A DNA stretch of 64,000 nt. Source: Octopus vulgaris. Lineage: Eukaryota. The stretch is taken from positions 16,740,001 through 16,804,000 of the forward strand of contig OX597816.1 in the NCBI GenBank assembly GCA_951406725.2, given 5' to 3'. The notes under the pieces were generated by a model, which had not been told where the DNA came from, did not search any database, and worked only from the letters and a program-made list of their open reading frames with translations. This document shows, piece by piece, positions 12,392-25,904 of this stretch. The first letter of the stretch is position 1. Each line of letters begins with the position of its first letter. The position numbers and the translations under genes were made by a program.

Positions 12392-15300
12392 AAATTCTAA
12401 CTTCAACTAGTGGCAGCTTTGCTTTCTATTTATCTAATGGTAGGAGTTGTAAAACACTAGGGTTGATTCCACCGACTGTAACCCCACAGCTATAAGAAAG
12501 AAAGCAAAACTCTTTATGAGATTGAATACATTGAAATAGGTTTCTATTGTAGTAATGTGTATTCTTCAAGAATTCTTAATGTTCTAAGCTGACAAAGTGT
12601 TTATTGAATTACCACATTCCCATGAGTTACCACTTGTTCATGGTTCGTAAAATTATTTCTACTATATAAAACAATACTAAAAAGTGATAATAAAGATTAT
12701 TCCATTAAAATTAAACAACAATTTCAAAGTGCTGCAATATCTTCATCTGAAATGTTGGTAGTTTTATAGAAGTAAGGTAATAATGATTTCCTTTATTGTC
12801 ACAAGATCACAAATTTGTAGGAAAAGGTGTTCCCAATTAAACTGAAGACAATACATACACAATACTAACTTTATGACCCAATGGAGAAATGAATGATAAA
12901 ATTGATTCCTGCAAAATATAAAATTGGAGTGTATAGGGAACAAAACGAAATATTTGAAGCCAATGTTCTGCCATTTCTGCTACGATATTATGTCTTTTAA
13001 AAATAAGTTTATTTTTTATTTAACACAAAGGTGTTAAATTTAGAAGACAAAATAAGAATCAATAAATAAAAGAAATGAAGCAACATGGCTTCGAGTGAGG
13101 ATAGAAAATGTGTCACCATCTTAGAACACCTGAAGGTTATCGTTTGCTGTAAGATGAACAACATTACATTCATTGTTATAATTAGTATGTTTATCTTTCA
13201 AGTGAATGAATAAATAACCTGCAGCTTTGTTGAGAGTCATGGAGTAGAAAAAAGGATAGTTCTAAACCCAGGAACTGTTTTTTTTTTATGTCTTTTATTA
13301 TGCAATAGAGAAGTTTGTTACCTGCTGAGGTATAATCATTTATTTAAGCTACAAATGGAAGTAGCAGTTGTGTTTCTCAAAAAAAAACCCTAAAAAAAAA
13401 CACACAGAAAATAAAATCAGAAAGAGTACAAGTAGCTATGGTATGGTGGAACAAGGCAATAACTATGTAATTGGTATCAATTCTGAGGTAGTACAAAACT
13501 CCATTGCAAATTAATTAGTTTTCTGGAATTTAACAATATAATTAACAGAAAGAATTATCTTATCAAAAATACCATAAATATACTTGTGTCTCTCAAATTA
13601 ATGCCTAGCAGCATAGGGAAACGGATCAATAATCCATATTGAATCTATCTTCATTATTGAAAATTATTAGTCAACCAAGATTAGTGTTTGCTTTATAAAT
13701 ATTGTAGTGCATTGGAAAAGACACCTCTAACCATTTTTTGTTTCATAAATTTAAGAAAACCAATAAGTCAAGCATTCACAGTCTCAACATATATGTTATA
13801 CAAAAAGGTATGTATTAATAAACTTAACTGTGGTAAAGTCAGTAACTGAGCTTATAATTTCAAAGTTTGCTGCATGTTTTGTGATCTTTGGCAATGTAAT
13901 TTTTTCCTCAGCTTGCCTACATCAAAATAAGTACCACAGCAATTTTGTATAGTACTTTGCCCTTTTACCACTCTGTATTTTTCAGTTTACTATCCATTAT
14001 GCATATTAAACACATGCAGTTCATATATGTATGTGTGTACGTACAGACACATACACACACACACATATATATGCATAGATTCATGATAAACTTAAGAGAC
14101 TATCTATGTAAATGCTTTTAACAGGAAAAGCAAATAAGAAAAATAATACATAAAAATCTGAGAGCACTTTGAATGCATATCTATGAAAGCAAAGTGAAAT
14201 TGGCAGAACTTGAACTGATAATGTAGAGAGAGAGATATAGTTAAAAACTCTGAAGCATATTAGACTGATACTTTACATTTTCAACAAACCCAATTACTTT
14301 GTAAGATCAAATATTACAGTATTAAATTTGTATGTTTTACATTTTTAATCAACAACTATCGAATCCATTTACTGCACAAAAATATCGATATAAATAATTT
14401 CTAAACATGTATTTTATTAATTTCTAACCAGAAGGAAAAAAAGATGCCAAAATATATTAACAATATAAAGTAAAAATATCGAATGATTTTAAACAGATTG
14501 ATAGAGTAAATTCAAAATTAAATAAATATGTTAAAAAAAATATTACTAATATAAAGAAACATTAAATGAAGATAGAATTAAAAGATTTAATAGATTATTC
14601 AGAATATAATTTTTTGTAATCGTTTCAACATATGTACTACATGACTTAAATCATATATTGAGTAAAAGGCATGAATGTTTTTATCAAACACTCAAAGGAA
14701 CTTTTCCAGTGAATTTGCAATGATAAAAGATACTTTAAAAGTCATGTTAATCAATAGAATATAAATGTTAAAACACGTTTGAAAATTCTGTGATGGAAAT
14801 GAAAATAATTATGGTGAAGGTCAAAGTGCAAAATATAATAAACACTTATATTTTCTTTATCTTCTCTTAACTATCTTTATTATCGTTTTAACATGATAAC
14901 TACTATTAGGAATGTACTTTAAGTATCAGTACTATCCATCTTTTTTTTTTTTTCATATCGATTATAAAGCTCCGTTCAGTTATATACAGAATGATACTGA
15001 GCAAACTGAGAGACAGTTTATTGCAGCTGGGAAAATGATTTTCATTTGATCAGTTAAGTCACAATGAAGTGCCATCTTTATTTATTTGTTAATTCCGTCA
15101 TAATTATCGAATGAAATACTTTCTACATTTTTCCATTCCTCGTCTATTTGATTAAATCTCTATATCTTTACCCAGATTTCCACCACCATAGTGTTATCAA
15201 ACAAATTACACTCTGTGAAAATAATGCTTTAGCTTTGACATCAAAAGAAAGATCTAATCCATAGCTACTTGTTTGAAATGATGAAGAAACATAAAAGAAA

Positions 15301-15862
15301 TCCAGTGTGCTGATTTCTAGCTTGAATTACATATTCCGATTTCAAAAGAATACATGACAGTTGTCCATTTCAGATGTTAGCTGTGGGTATCTAATATTGA
15401 TTTATTTGGATTAAACACATATCACAGATACACAGGGAAGTTGGTATAGTCAGTTGATAGCAATATATTACTTGTATTTATGTTAGCAACCCTGGAGGGA
15501 TGCAAAGTAAAGTCAAACTAGAATGAAGTCCGGTTTTTGAAGCTAAACTCTTTTAAATATTTTAATGTGATAAATGCAGCTTTTTATCATTGAAATCTAT
15601 CTTAACGCTTGTCTTGTAAAGAGAGTGAAGTTGATTTTTCACTGGGCAGCAGATCTATATGAGAGAGAATATATCTTTTTACAATATTACCAATGACAGA
15701 TATACAGCTGTAACAAATATTTGCAATATGCAAATATTCAATATGAGTTGTGAAGAAGTGATACGATATATTGATGAAAGGACAATCTCTGAGGAATATC
15801 TACATTTCTACTTTCACAAATCTTTCCAACTAAATTTATCACTTGCATGGCCACAAAGTTAA

Positions 15863-16135
15863 CCTTTTCAAGACAATATTTCTTATGAAATATTCTGTTT
15901 ATGTGCTTCAAGTTTCAATTAATAATGGAAATCATCAAGAATTTGGAAGAATTTAGTAGAATGAAACAGACTCTCATTCATTCATTCATTTATGAAGCTG
16001 ATGTTTGGAACATGATTGAACAAAAATTTTTATATATAATTATGATTGTTATTAAATTAGTTAAGAATGTTTTAAAATAGGAAGTTTTGCATTACAGAAT
16101 GAGGGGCTGTCTCAGTCAGGTTGATATCAAAAAGT
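15863..16135 (-). mobile_element. Decayed third copy of the TTAA MITE family
   Basis: TTAA|CCTTTT at 15859; right end GAGGGGCTGTCTCAGTCAGGTTGATATCAAAAAG is the reverse complement of the 11142 left end. Confidence 0.65.
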
Positions 16136-16814
16136 TAGCTGATTATTTTAGTAATTTATATTAGGCTTATGTAGAACTATATAAGATTGATTTCAAATTT
16201 TGGGGTAGGGGGTAAATCAATTATATTGAACCCAGTGTTCAACTGGTGCTTAGTTCAATGACTCCAAAAGGATGAAAGGCAAAGTGGACCATAACAGAAT
16301 TAGAATTATATAAGATTAATGCTATATTTATAAGAATTCTACACATAAGAACAAGAAGTCTTATATAACAGAATGTGACACATTCTCAGACCTAATGAAG
16401 CCACTTACTTAGTAAATTAATTCAATACTTAATCAATAAGAGAATAACTGAAATAGAGGTAAGTAATATATTTCGTGAAGTAGATCTCTATTTTTTTAAA
16501 TTTCATTATATAATTTGATTTATTGAAATATGTCTCATGATTTCATATTTTAGTAGTGGTGGTACTGTTTATGGGAAGGTAGTGACTTTTCTCATGATGT
16601 TGATGAGGTATTTATCCACTCTATGACTAGATTAAAGGTCAACTCAGAAATCACGAAAATAATAATTTGTTTTGTGTTTTGGAAAGAAGAATTTTTCATA
16701 TTGGGTGCAAGGCCGTAGATTTTGTAAACAGAGGTATTAAATCAATCCTAAAGACCTTTGTGCATTACTGATTCTTATGAAAGATAAAGTGACCATTGCT
16801 AGGATTTTATGTAG

Positions 16815-17220
16815 GCACAATCAGGGATGTGTGATTAAGAAGATTACTTCCAAATCATATGGTGTAAAGGCTCAGTTCTACAGCATGGCAACCTGGGCAT
16901 GTGTCTTCTACTATTGCTCTAAGCCAACCAAAGCCTTGTGAGTGTATTTGGCAGGCAGATTCTGAAAGAAGCCAATTGTATATATATGTGTGTGCATGTA
17001 TGTAATTTTTTGTGTGTTACCTCTTGGTAACATTGCAATGTTGTTTGTTTCTGATCTTCTATAAAAAAAACATGTCTGTCCAAGGCAAATATTACCTGAC
17101 TTGGAAACAAGTAAGGGTTGGTGACAAAAAGGATATTCCAGCCATAGAAAATTTGCCTCAATGAATTTTGTCTGACCCATGTAAGTATGGAAAAATAAAC
17201 GTTAAAACAATGATGATGAT
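16815..17220 (+). mobile_element. SINE with family A head and body but RTE-type (GAT)n tail
   Basis: CCTGGGCATGTGTCTTCTACTAT..AAAGCCTTGTGAGTG body followed by GGTTGGTGACAAAAAGGATATTCCAGCC.TAGAAA..GACCCATG..AAACGTTAAAACAATGATGATGAT. Confidence 0.75.
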
Positions 17221-17739
17221 TATGGTGAGTTAAAGAAAATCACTTTATGAAGTAAGGCGTTACTTCCAGTTCACCATTCTAACAATGGAGTAGGCAGTAC
17301 CTGAAAGTCTGTGTCCATGTTTCTGTAGGTAATATACATACACATACACAACTTTGTATACCATGTGTATAAAGTGTGAGATGAGAAGCAGAAATCAAAG
17401 TTTATCAGCTTGTAAGCTTCAGTAAAGCTGGTTCTAAGATGGATCACACAGTATTTTATCACATACTCATTCATTTGGATACTCCAATACTCTATTTTCC
17501 TTACCTCACAATCATAACAGGTAACATATAATCCATAGTCAAGTTTATTGGTCTAGGTCAGCAGAATTTGGTATTTGTCATAGAATAATCTTTTATATAT
17601 AGTTAGGCATATATATTGCATATAGATAGAATATAAATCCTGGAAGATAACCTGTATGATATACTGGCATTTAAACTGTACAGATGTAGCCATTCAGGAA
17701 CCATGCACTAAATTCAGAATTAAACAGATTAAATAGGAA

Positions 17740-19690
17740 GCTGCTGGCATGAAGTAAAAGGCAAAGGTGTGCTGGTTGTCACATTATAAAATGTAACAAC
17801 CAGATTGTAGCAAGAGAAATGCTTTATCATATGACATCAAACCGCAGATCATAAGACCAATATATGCTAGAGATATTTACATTGGCATTTTCATATGTGC
17901 ATAAGGTGAACAAATGTACATTGTTGAGGAAATATATATAACAATTTTCATGAAGTACTGAGAACTATAACTCTATACGAAGGTGTTAATGGATTGCTAA
18001 TTGTGTATGAAGGAAAGGTGGTAAACTATGAATGTATGTTTATTGCAGAATATGCATTTAAATGATGACTATCACAGTTTTTCTCCAACAACACCCCATC
18101 TTTCAATAACACTCAGTAACATGAAAGAAATGAAGATTTATTCTCTTAATTGATTTAAAGAACGTATATTTTCAGATTGGTTTGGATGAAGATTCTAAGA
18201 GATTGCGTGTGCTAAATACAAATACTGTTCTGTACCTAGTCAGTAAATGGGTTTAAAAAATAGCAGCTCCAATGTCTAGCAATGTATTGAGCCTATACTG
18301 GAAGGAATTAACGGCATTGACATCTATCATGATGACATATTAATCTCTACTGGAACCCAATATAAATTGAAGAATTGAGAAAATGCAGTTATTGCTAAAG
18401 CAAAATAAGCCAATATATCAATTAATCCAAATAAATACATTAATCATACTTCTCTCACAGTTTCCTAGAAATGAAACCATCTTATAGTCTAATATACAAA
18501 ATTCAATAGTTTAGTGATCCTAAACTGAAATAAAGAAACTGAGAAACTGACTACTATTGTCAGTTTATACCAAAGTTTACACACATAGCTGAACCTAAAA
18601 GGAATCTCTTTGCTTGGAGAACATAACAAACACAAGCTTTTTGAAAAGATAAGAACTTTTTACACAACATCCAGTTCTGGTAACATTCTTTGCTTCATTT
18701 GATACAACTCTTTTTGCTGATGCTTTTGAATTTGGGGGAGCCAGAATGTCTGAAAATGGGAAGCCCTTATCAAATGTTGACAATACTCACAGAAATTTCA
18801 GTAATACTGAAACCAATGCACTAGTATGCTGCATTACTCTTTACTCTTTTACTTGTTTCAGTCATTTGACTGCGGCCATGCTGGAGCACCGCCTTTAGTC
18901 GAGCAAATGGACCCCGGGACTTATTCTTTGTAAGCCCAGTACTTATTCTATCGGTCTCTTTTGCCGAACCGCTAAGTGACGGGGACGTAAACACACCAGC
19001 ATCGGTTGTCAAGCAATGCTAGGGGACGAACACAGACACACAAACATATATATATATATACATATATACGACAGGCTTCTTTCAGTTTCCGTCTACCAAA
19101 TCCACTCACAAGGCATTGGTCGGCCCGGGGCTATAGCAGAAAACACTTGCCCAAGATGCCACGCAGTGGGACTGAACCCGGAACCATGTGGTTGGCTAGC
19201 AAACTACTTACCACACAGCCACTCCTGCGCAATTGGGCAATTGAGATATTTTTTATTAAGGAAATCTTTCTCATTTGGAGACTTATTACCAGACTGATCA
19301 TCACTCATTGTAATTAATTTTCTAAAGAATCTTGATGTTTCCGGGCAAGTTTCTCAGTGGATTGCCACATAATGTCTCATGTTATCACAACATGATCCCC
19401 AAATCATTCATATGTCAGGAAAGACCATCAGTCATATTTGATGCTCTGACAAGACTAATGTGTTATGTAGATCAATTTGATACTGTCCTTTACAAATGTA
19501 TAACAATTTGATATAGATAATGATGAATTAATTTTTGCTGATGCTCAATGAGTGGAAGACATTAAACATCATTTTATTAAAGGTACCCTTTATGTTTGTT
19601 CAAAGAGTCACATTGTTGGAAAAGACTGGCTTAGGCTAATTGTTCTTGAATAATTTTCCAGGCATTCATCTGCAGTGACTGGAGAGAATA
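17740..19690 (+). pseudogene. Highly decayed Gypsy/Ty3-type pol (RT and RNase H), split by a SINE
   Basis: Frameshifted plus-strand peptides in canonical order: GKL*MYVYCR (about 18020), LIDLKNVYFQIGLDEDSKRL (18146), IEPILEGINGIDIYHDDILI (YxDD at 18325-18336), TQHPVL..TTLFADAFEFG..RNFSNTETNAL (18662-18823), then after the SINE NWAIE..TDHHSL..SGQVSQW..IIHMSGK..DALTRL (19231-19460). Confidence 0.8.
18834..19230 (-). mobile_element. SINE family A, full length, little diverged
   Basis: Nearly identical to 30656-31063 and 45686-46083. Confidence 0.95.
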
Positions 19691-19842
19691 AATAGGTCTT
19701 TAATGAAAATAAGCTATTCATTCTTGAGATTTATTTCACAAATGCTCTTTTGACAATTCATCATGCACACACACACACACACACACATACACATGTACTA
19801 ATGATTTGTAGGTATGTGGTATTTCGTTATGCAACCATAAGC

Positions 19843-21220
19843 TCTATATGTATAAAATTCTTTGTCCGTCTGTCTGTCTGTATGTTCCTTATGCATTCTC
19901 AAACAACTCCCCCAAATCAAACCAAATTTTACAAGGTTAAACTATTACACCCAGTGAGTGTCAAAATGTAATTTTTATTTTCATTTGGATTAAAACATTA
20001 TAATATTTTCTTGAAAATAATCTTTTAAAAGTCAACTATAGTACAGGACATTTTATACCACGATGACTACAATATCACATTTTGTATATGAGTGTGTATG
20101 TGCCTGTCAGTGTGTGTGTGTTTGCACATTCCTTATATACGAGATAGTAAAGGACATTTTACACCACCACCACCACAATGACACATTGTATATCAGTATA
20201 TATGTGTCTGTCAGTATGTGTGTGCTTGTGGGTTTATTGCATACCACATAGTAAACGACATTTTATACCACCACCACTACCACCACCACGGCACATTTTG
20301 TATATGAGTGTGTATGTGTCTGTCAGTGTGTGCGTGTTTGCGCATTCATTACATAAATGTATGTGTGTCTGTCTTAGTATATGTATGTCAGTGTATGTGA
20401 CATTGTATGTGTGTGCCAGTGTATGTGTGATTCTCCAATTACACTGATGTAAACTGGCCATGTTAAAGAGCCATACTGGCTCCAACTAATGAAATGGTTG
20501 ATAAACTCTATCATGAACTTCTTCAAAAGTTAACAGATACATCAGAAATTACTTTTCCATAAATTCACACAACAGTCGATCGAGATCAGGCTGTTCAATA
20601 CTCTGTTGAATGTCTGAACACACTTAAACCCACTGAGATGCCACCGCATAACTTGGCACTAAAGCTGGATGCTCCCAGTAAGCTCACTTGTGTAATGGAA
20701 CTTGCTTAACTATTACTTCCATGAAGCCCCCATGTCCTGCAGGCAACAATCATAACAGGTAATCACAAAGAAAATGTCTTTATTACAAAATTTTCTCTCA
20801 TACCTACAAATGTTCCATTTGAATTTAAGAGGCTTCAGTTTCCATTCAAATGAAATTTTTGGTATTTCAATTAGCAAATATCAGGGTCAATCCCTCAAGG
20901 TAGTTGGACTTCCTTTCTCTCCTACATGTTTCTCCCACAGCCAACTCTATGTTACTTGCTCATGATTTGGATGTAGCAACAATTTATGCATTTCGATGCC
21001 AACAAAAAATTACTCAATGAAAATTGTTTACCTCGAGGTGCTTCAACATTGACAGATTTTTCCGTTCAAAATTCTATTATCATTACAATTTGGATATTTT
21101 CTTAATAAAATATACATATTTTGTAATAATTATGAGAAACAAAATATATCTCCATATTTATTGTTTACTAATCTGAATAAGAACAGCATTAACATGAGCA
21201 ACACTGGGTAATTCAGCTAG
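19843..21220 (+). mobile_element. Internally deleted Helitron retaining the C-terminus of the PIF1-like helicase
   Basis: 5' TCTATATGTATAAAA; peptides VECLNTLKPTEMPPHNLALK, LCNGT, IPTNVPFEFKRLQFP, SKYQGQSLKVVG..FSHSQLYVTCS (20570-20965); 3' end GAGCAACACTGGGTAATTCAGCTAG. Confidence 0.85.
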
Positions 21221-21303
21221 AATACTATAAAGTATATTAAATATATAAGTCAATACCATGTTCAACTGTGTTCTACTAACAACAATCAGTGCTGGCTATA
21301 ATT

Positions 21304-21705
21304 TCTCTCTTTTACTTGTTTCAGTCATTTGATTGCGGCCATGCTGGAACACCACCTTTAGTCAAACAAATCAACCCCAGGACTTATTCTTTGGAAGCCT
21401 AGTACTTATTCTATCAGTCTCTTTTGCAGAACCGCTAAGTTATGGGGACATAAACACACCACCATCGGTTGTCAAGCGATGTTGGGTGGGGGACAAACAT
21501 AGACACACAAACACACACACACACACATATTTTATATTCATATATACAACAGGCTTCTTTCAGTTTCCCGATAACAAATCCACTCACAAGGCTTTGGTCG
21601 GCCTGAGGCTATGGTAGAAGACACTTGCCTAAGGTGCCACGCAGTGGGAATGAACCCGGAACCATGTGGTTGGGAAGCATGCTACTTACCACACTGCCAC
21701 TCCTG
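21304..21705 (-). mobile_element. SINE family A
   Basis: Full head-to-tail similarity to 907-1324 on the opposite strand. Confidence 0.9.
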
Positions 21706-22749
21706 TAGCTATAGAATATCTGTAGAGATAACCTTCACAAAATAATGTAAAAAGCGCTGTTATGCAGTAGAATGTGGTATTGACTTATAAAATCATTTAA
21801 TTTACTTTATAGCATATGATGGTTGCATAACCAAATACCACATACCTACAAATCATTAGTATTTATGTACCAGCTCCAGGAATGTGTCTAATATGTAAAG
21901 AGGTATATCCAATAACTTAACATCGCTGTATGCAGTGGCTATATAAGCAATGTGGTCGGAGGTGGGAATAAGTTAGACAAGTGCTGATGAAGGGGTAAAA
22001 CCCCTGAAATATGGTATATACATTCATTACCCATTTTTGTTTTCGATCTCATTGTTTGTTTGCATTTGATATCTTGATATGAAACGTTGTAGCAAAAGTC
22101 AGTGCTGATTATAATTTCTATAGAATACCTGTAGAAATAATCTTAACAAAATAACACACACACACACATGCACAAACACATGCACATGTATACACATGTA
22201 TACACATATATGTACACAGACACACATAGAGTCAGGCATACAACAGACACTGTACAAAGCAAGGGCATGTGTTTGGTGAACTAATTGTGGTAGAGATACA
22301 GAAGAATTTATCAGTTCATGTGACCTCTGCTAAAAATCAAATTTAAAGGCACTCCTTATACAGGTAAGTGACGTAAATCATAGATCTGAGAAAGAGTAAA
22401 TACAGATTTGCAATATACAAGAAATGCAGAGGATATAATCATAGTTGGCTCAACCACCATTTGAACTGAAATCATTTTATTTTCCAAAAGGTGATCAGAA
22501 AATGTAATGAAATGTCCATTTCCTTATTCTCCATCTTTACTAGAATGAGTGTTCCAATAACAGTGGCATCAAGTAACAGAGCAGTTTTCATTGAATTAAA
22601 GCATTGCTTAAATCTATTTTTATAAGCTAATGAAGGAGCTTTTACACAGTCAATTAACCTACCAGAAATGGTAGCTAAATAGTTGGCAGCTTTATAATCT
22701 TCAAATCAAATTCTACCATCTTGCAGAAGAGATACAATTTGGATAATAC

Positions 22750-23280
22750 AATCATTGTCATTGTTATTATCATCGTCATCATCGTCATCATTTGATGTCC
22801 GTTGTCCATGCTGGCATGGGTTGGACAGCTTGACTGAGCTGGCAAGCTAGAGAGTTGCACCAGGCCCCAGCGTATATGTGTCTGTCAGTGTGTGTGTGCT
22901 TGTGGGTTTATTGCATACCACATAGTAAAGGACATTTTATACCACCACCATGGTTTCTACAGCAGGATGCCCTTCCTAATGCCAAATACTTTACGGAGTG
23001 TGCTGAATGCTGTGGCACCACATGAGCCCTGTTATGTGGCACCAGCATGAATGCTTTTTACATGGCACTGGCACAGGACTCTTGTGGGCCAAACCTCTTC
23101 ACCTTAACACTTCAGCAGTTGAGCATGGGTCTTCTTCAGTACAGCAAGATGCCAAGTACCTCAGTTCTTTGTCATCTTGTCTGAAAGGTTCAGCATTCTA
23201 AGGACGTCCTTCAGTACTTTGTCTCATGTGTGCTTGGGTCTCTCCATCTTGGATGTGTTCCATCTACTTTGAGAGATAAG
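22750..23280 (-). mobile_element. RTE LINE 3' fragment (tail plus decayed ORF end) carrying an 80-bp foreign insert
   Basis: (CAT)n tail at about 22770-22790, CATGCTGGCATGGGTTGGAC motif; the minus strand near 23225-23275 resembles the RTE C-terminal V.G...RGRP region. Confidence 0.7.
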
Positions 23281-25065
23281 GATACTTTGAGAGGTAAATA
23301 TAATATGCTTTAAGAAAGATAGGATGGTTCTGTCTGGAATTTCTGTGACTATATGTTTGCTTGACCAAGTTTGACTAGACGCCAGACAACACAATTATAT
23401 TGGAAGAAACGAAAACAAACACCAATATTATCCCCAAATTAGTAAATAAACAAAGCAGCATCATCACTGAACACTAATGTTACAAAGAAAACATAAACAT
23501 ACATATTCAAGAATATGCAATATACATGTGCATACAATTTACATATGAACATATCTATATTGTGCATAAACACACACATATAAATATACATTTATAACCA
23601 TAGCTATTATTATGCATATATACATATACTTAAACAAATATACCAAATAAATACACATAACCATTCACTATGTAAAGTAAATAAGAACACAGTACTAAAA
23701 AGTATTAATGTAAGAAGAATTCTCAATATCTAGAATAAATATTTATGGTCGAACTTAAAATTGCAAGGTTCAATGAATCAGAACTTCGTTTTGATAATTG
23801 CAATTTATTTTTAAATGATTAGTGCTTTTATAAAGAATAAAATCATTTGAAACTGTCAGGCTTAGAATTTTGCTGTTTATTTTAGCCCTAGGTTATTACT
23901 GAACACTATTTCTGGCCATAACTAAGCTGTCTTTTTAAGGGGATTTAGGTCTACATTATACAATCTGTTCTTGTCTTTTTCAAAACTATGTATATGACAT
24001 GAAAGGGAGATTTGGCTGCTAGTTATAGTCAGTCAAGTAGCCAAGCTGAGACTCCACTCATTGACTTGAAAACTATAATAGATATTTGTAGTTAGAAATG
24101 TTCTCTTTCTCACATTTTATTTCAAGGTCTTACCACTAGCCTTATCACACTACTGAGATAACTTCCAATGCAATCCAGGACAAAATCCTATGACCATAAC
24201 CATTTATAAAGACTTTACATATTTACGAATACTATATTCAAATTCATGATATTCATTTTTCAAGAAATCTATATAAATGATAACATGAAATTATGTATAA
24301 TGAAAGAAAGATAGAGATATGATTAAATGGATAGAGAGAGATACATACAGAGTAGAAAGAGGGAGAGAGCAAATCCATACATAAACATATATGTATCTCT
24401 GCGATTGATATCATTAAAAAATTATGCAATCGTGTGTAGTACGTGTGTGCATATATGTGTTTACATATGTACACTAAGTCAAGAAAATTACTGAACAACA
24501 TTCACAATGGACAATATGCGCTCAATAGAAACTCTGCTGGTATGAATATGTAATGTGAATATGAAACATGGAGGGTGAACTATTATTGCATGCTGTTACC
24601 AAGTTCTTTCATGATGGAAGTAAACTGAAGAAGACATAAAGTGTGATGAGATTAGATGTGAAAATAGTATGTGGCATAATGCTGAGAGAGAGAGGAGGGA
24701 GAAGAAGAGACAGACAGACAGACAGACTGACAAACAAACAGAGAAAGTGAGATGGAGATTTGATCAAAATATGCCACTATGGAAAACATTATATATTGAT
24801 GAACCCCATTTGTCTCTGTGTATTTTCCTGTCTATAGAAGTGTGCAAACACACACATATGGACAACTGCATACAAAAATGTATATAATATCATCTACCAA
24901 AAACAATTTGATATTATTGGTGTATAACGATTTGCATTACTATTATGGCTAGGTGATGGAATAATCTTTCAGTATCAACATAATTATTCAGATGTCTCAA
25001 CATACTAACATAAATAATACTCTCTCAAATAAAGACATGTGTACATGTGTACACACACACACATG

Positions 25066-25904
25066 CACAACTGTTGTCTAAATTACACAAAAATGAAAAT
25101 AACACTGACATCTCATTTTAATAGATATATTGACCAAAATTACATAAAAAATATCTTGAAATACTAAAGAGTAAATTAATTCAATAAAATCGCCATTAGC
25201 TTCAACCACAGCCTCCAGACAACTTTGTATCTCCTGCAACTCTTCTGGATAGTCTCCTTGTTTAAGTTGGTGAATGCTGTCATAATCCTTGCCTTCAGTT
25301 CATCTTTGGTGTTACAAAGCATTTAGTTGGTCTAAAACCACACATAATAATCAAGGGGGTTGCAGTCTGGGGAGTAAGGTGGCCAAATGTTAGTGGGTGA
25401 TGTGGTTACAGAAATTGCGTGAAAGCCATGACTGGGGTCTCCTGCTTCTGTAGCATTGTGCAGAGTCCTGTTGCCAGATATAGGGTCTTCCAGCAGCCAC
25501 CCTCTTGACCTCCTCCAGGCACTTGATGTAGGCCTCTGTTTTGAATGTGAGGCCATGTGGGGAGATGAAAGGTGGCATAACATTGCCATCACTAGTGATC
25601 ACTCCAAACACCATGAGGTTGAGTGGATGTTTGGTTTTTATCACTCTCGGTACATGTCCTCAGATTGCACTGTTCTCAGATTGACACCCAAACACTTTGA
25701 AAGGTTTGCATTGGAGCTGGCATGACTGCCAAGCAGTACAGCATGTCATTGCCAAATTTCTGGCAGAGCGTCATGGTGCTGTGTTTCTCACAAATGGTGC
25801 CCGACCAACCCTACTATACTGTGTAGGCGACAAAATCAAAAACAAAAAATGCATATATGTGAAAGAAAAATCTAAAATGGTGACAATTTACCCATTGCAT
25901 CCTG
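25066..25904 (-). mobile_element. Internally deleted Tc1/mariner-superfamily transposon (maT/DD37D-like)
   Basis: ORFs 25390-25644 and 25332-25592 give KTKHPLNLMVFGVI, YIWQQDSA and WPPYSPDCNPLDYYVW; terminal TA|CAGGATGCAATGGGTAAATTGTCACC at 25906-25879. Confidence 0.85.

Noticed and set aside
18595-18783. Minus-strand 62-aa ORF that looks like a host exon
   Set aside because: Antisense to the Gypsy RNase H relic
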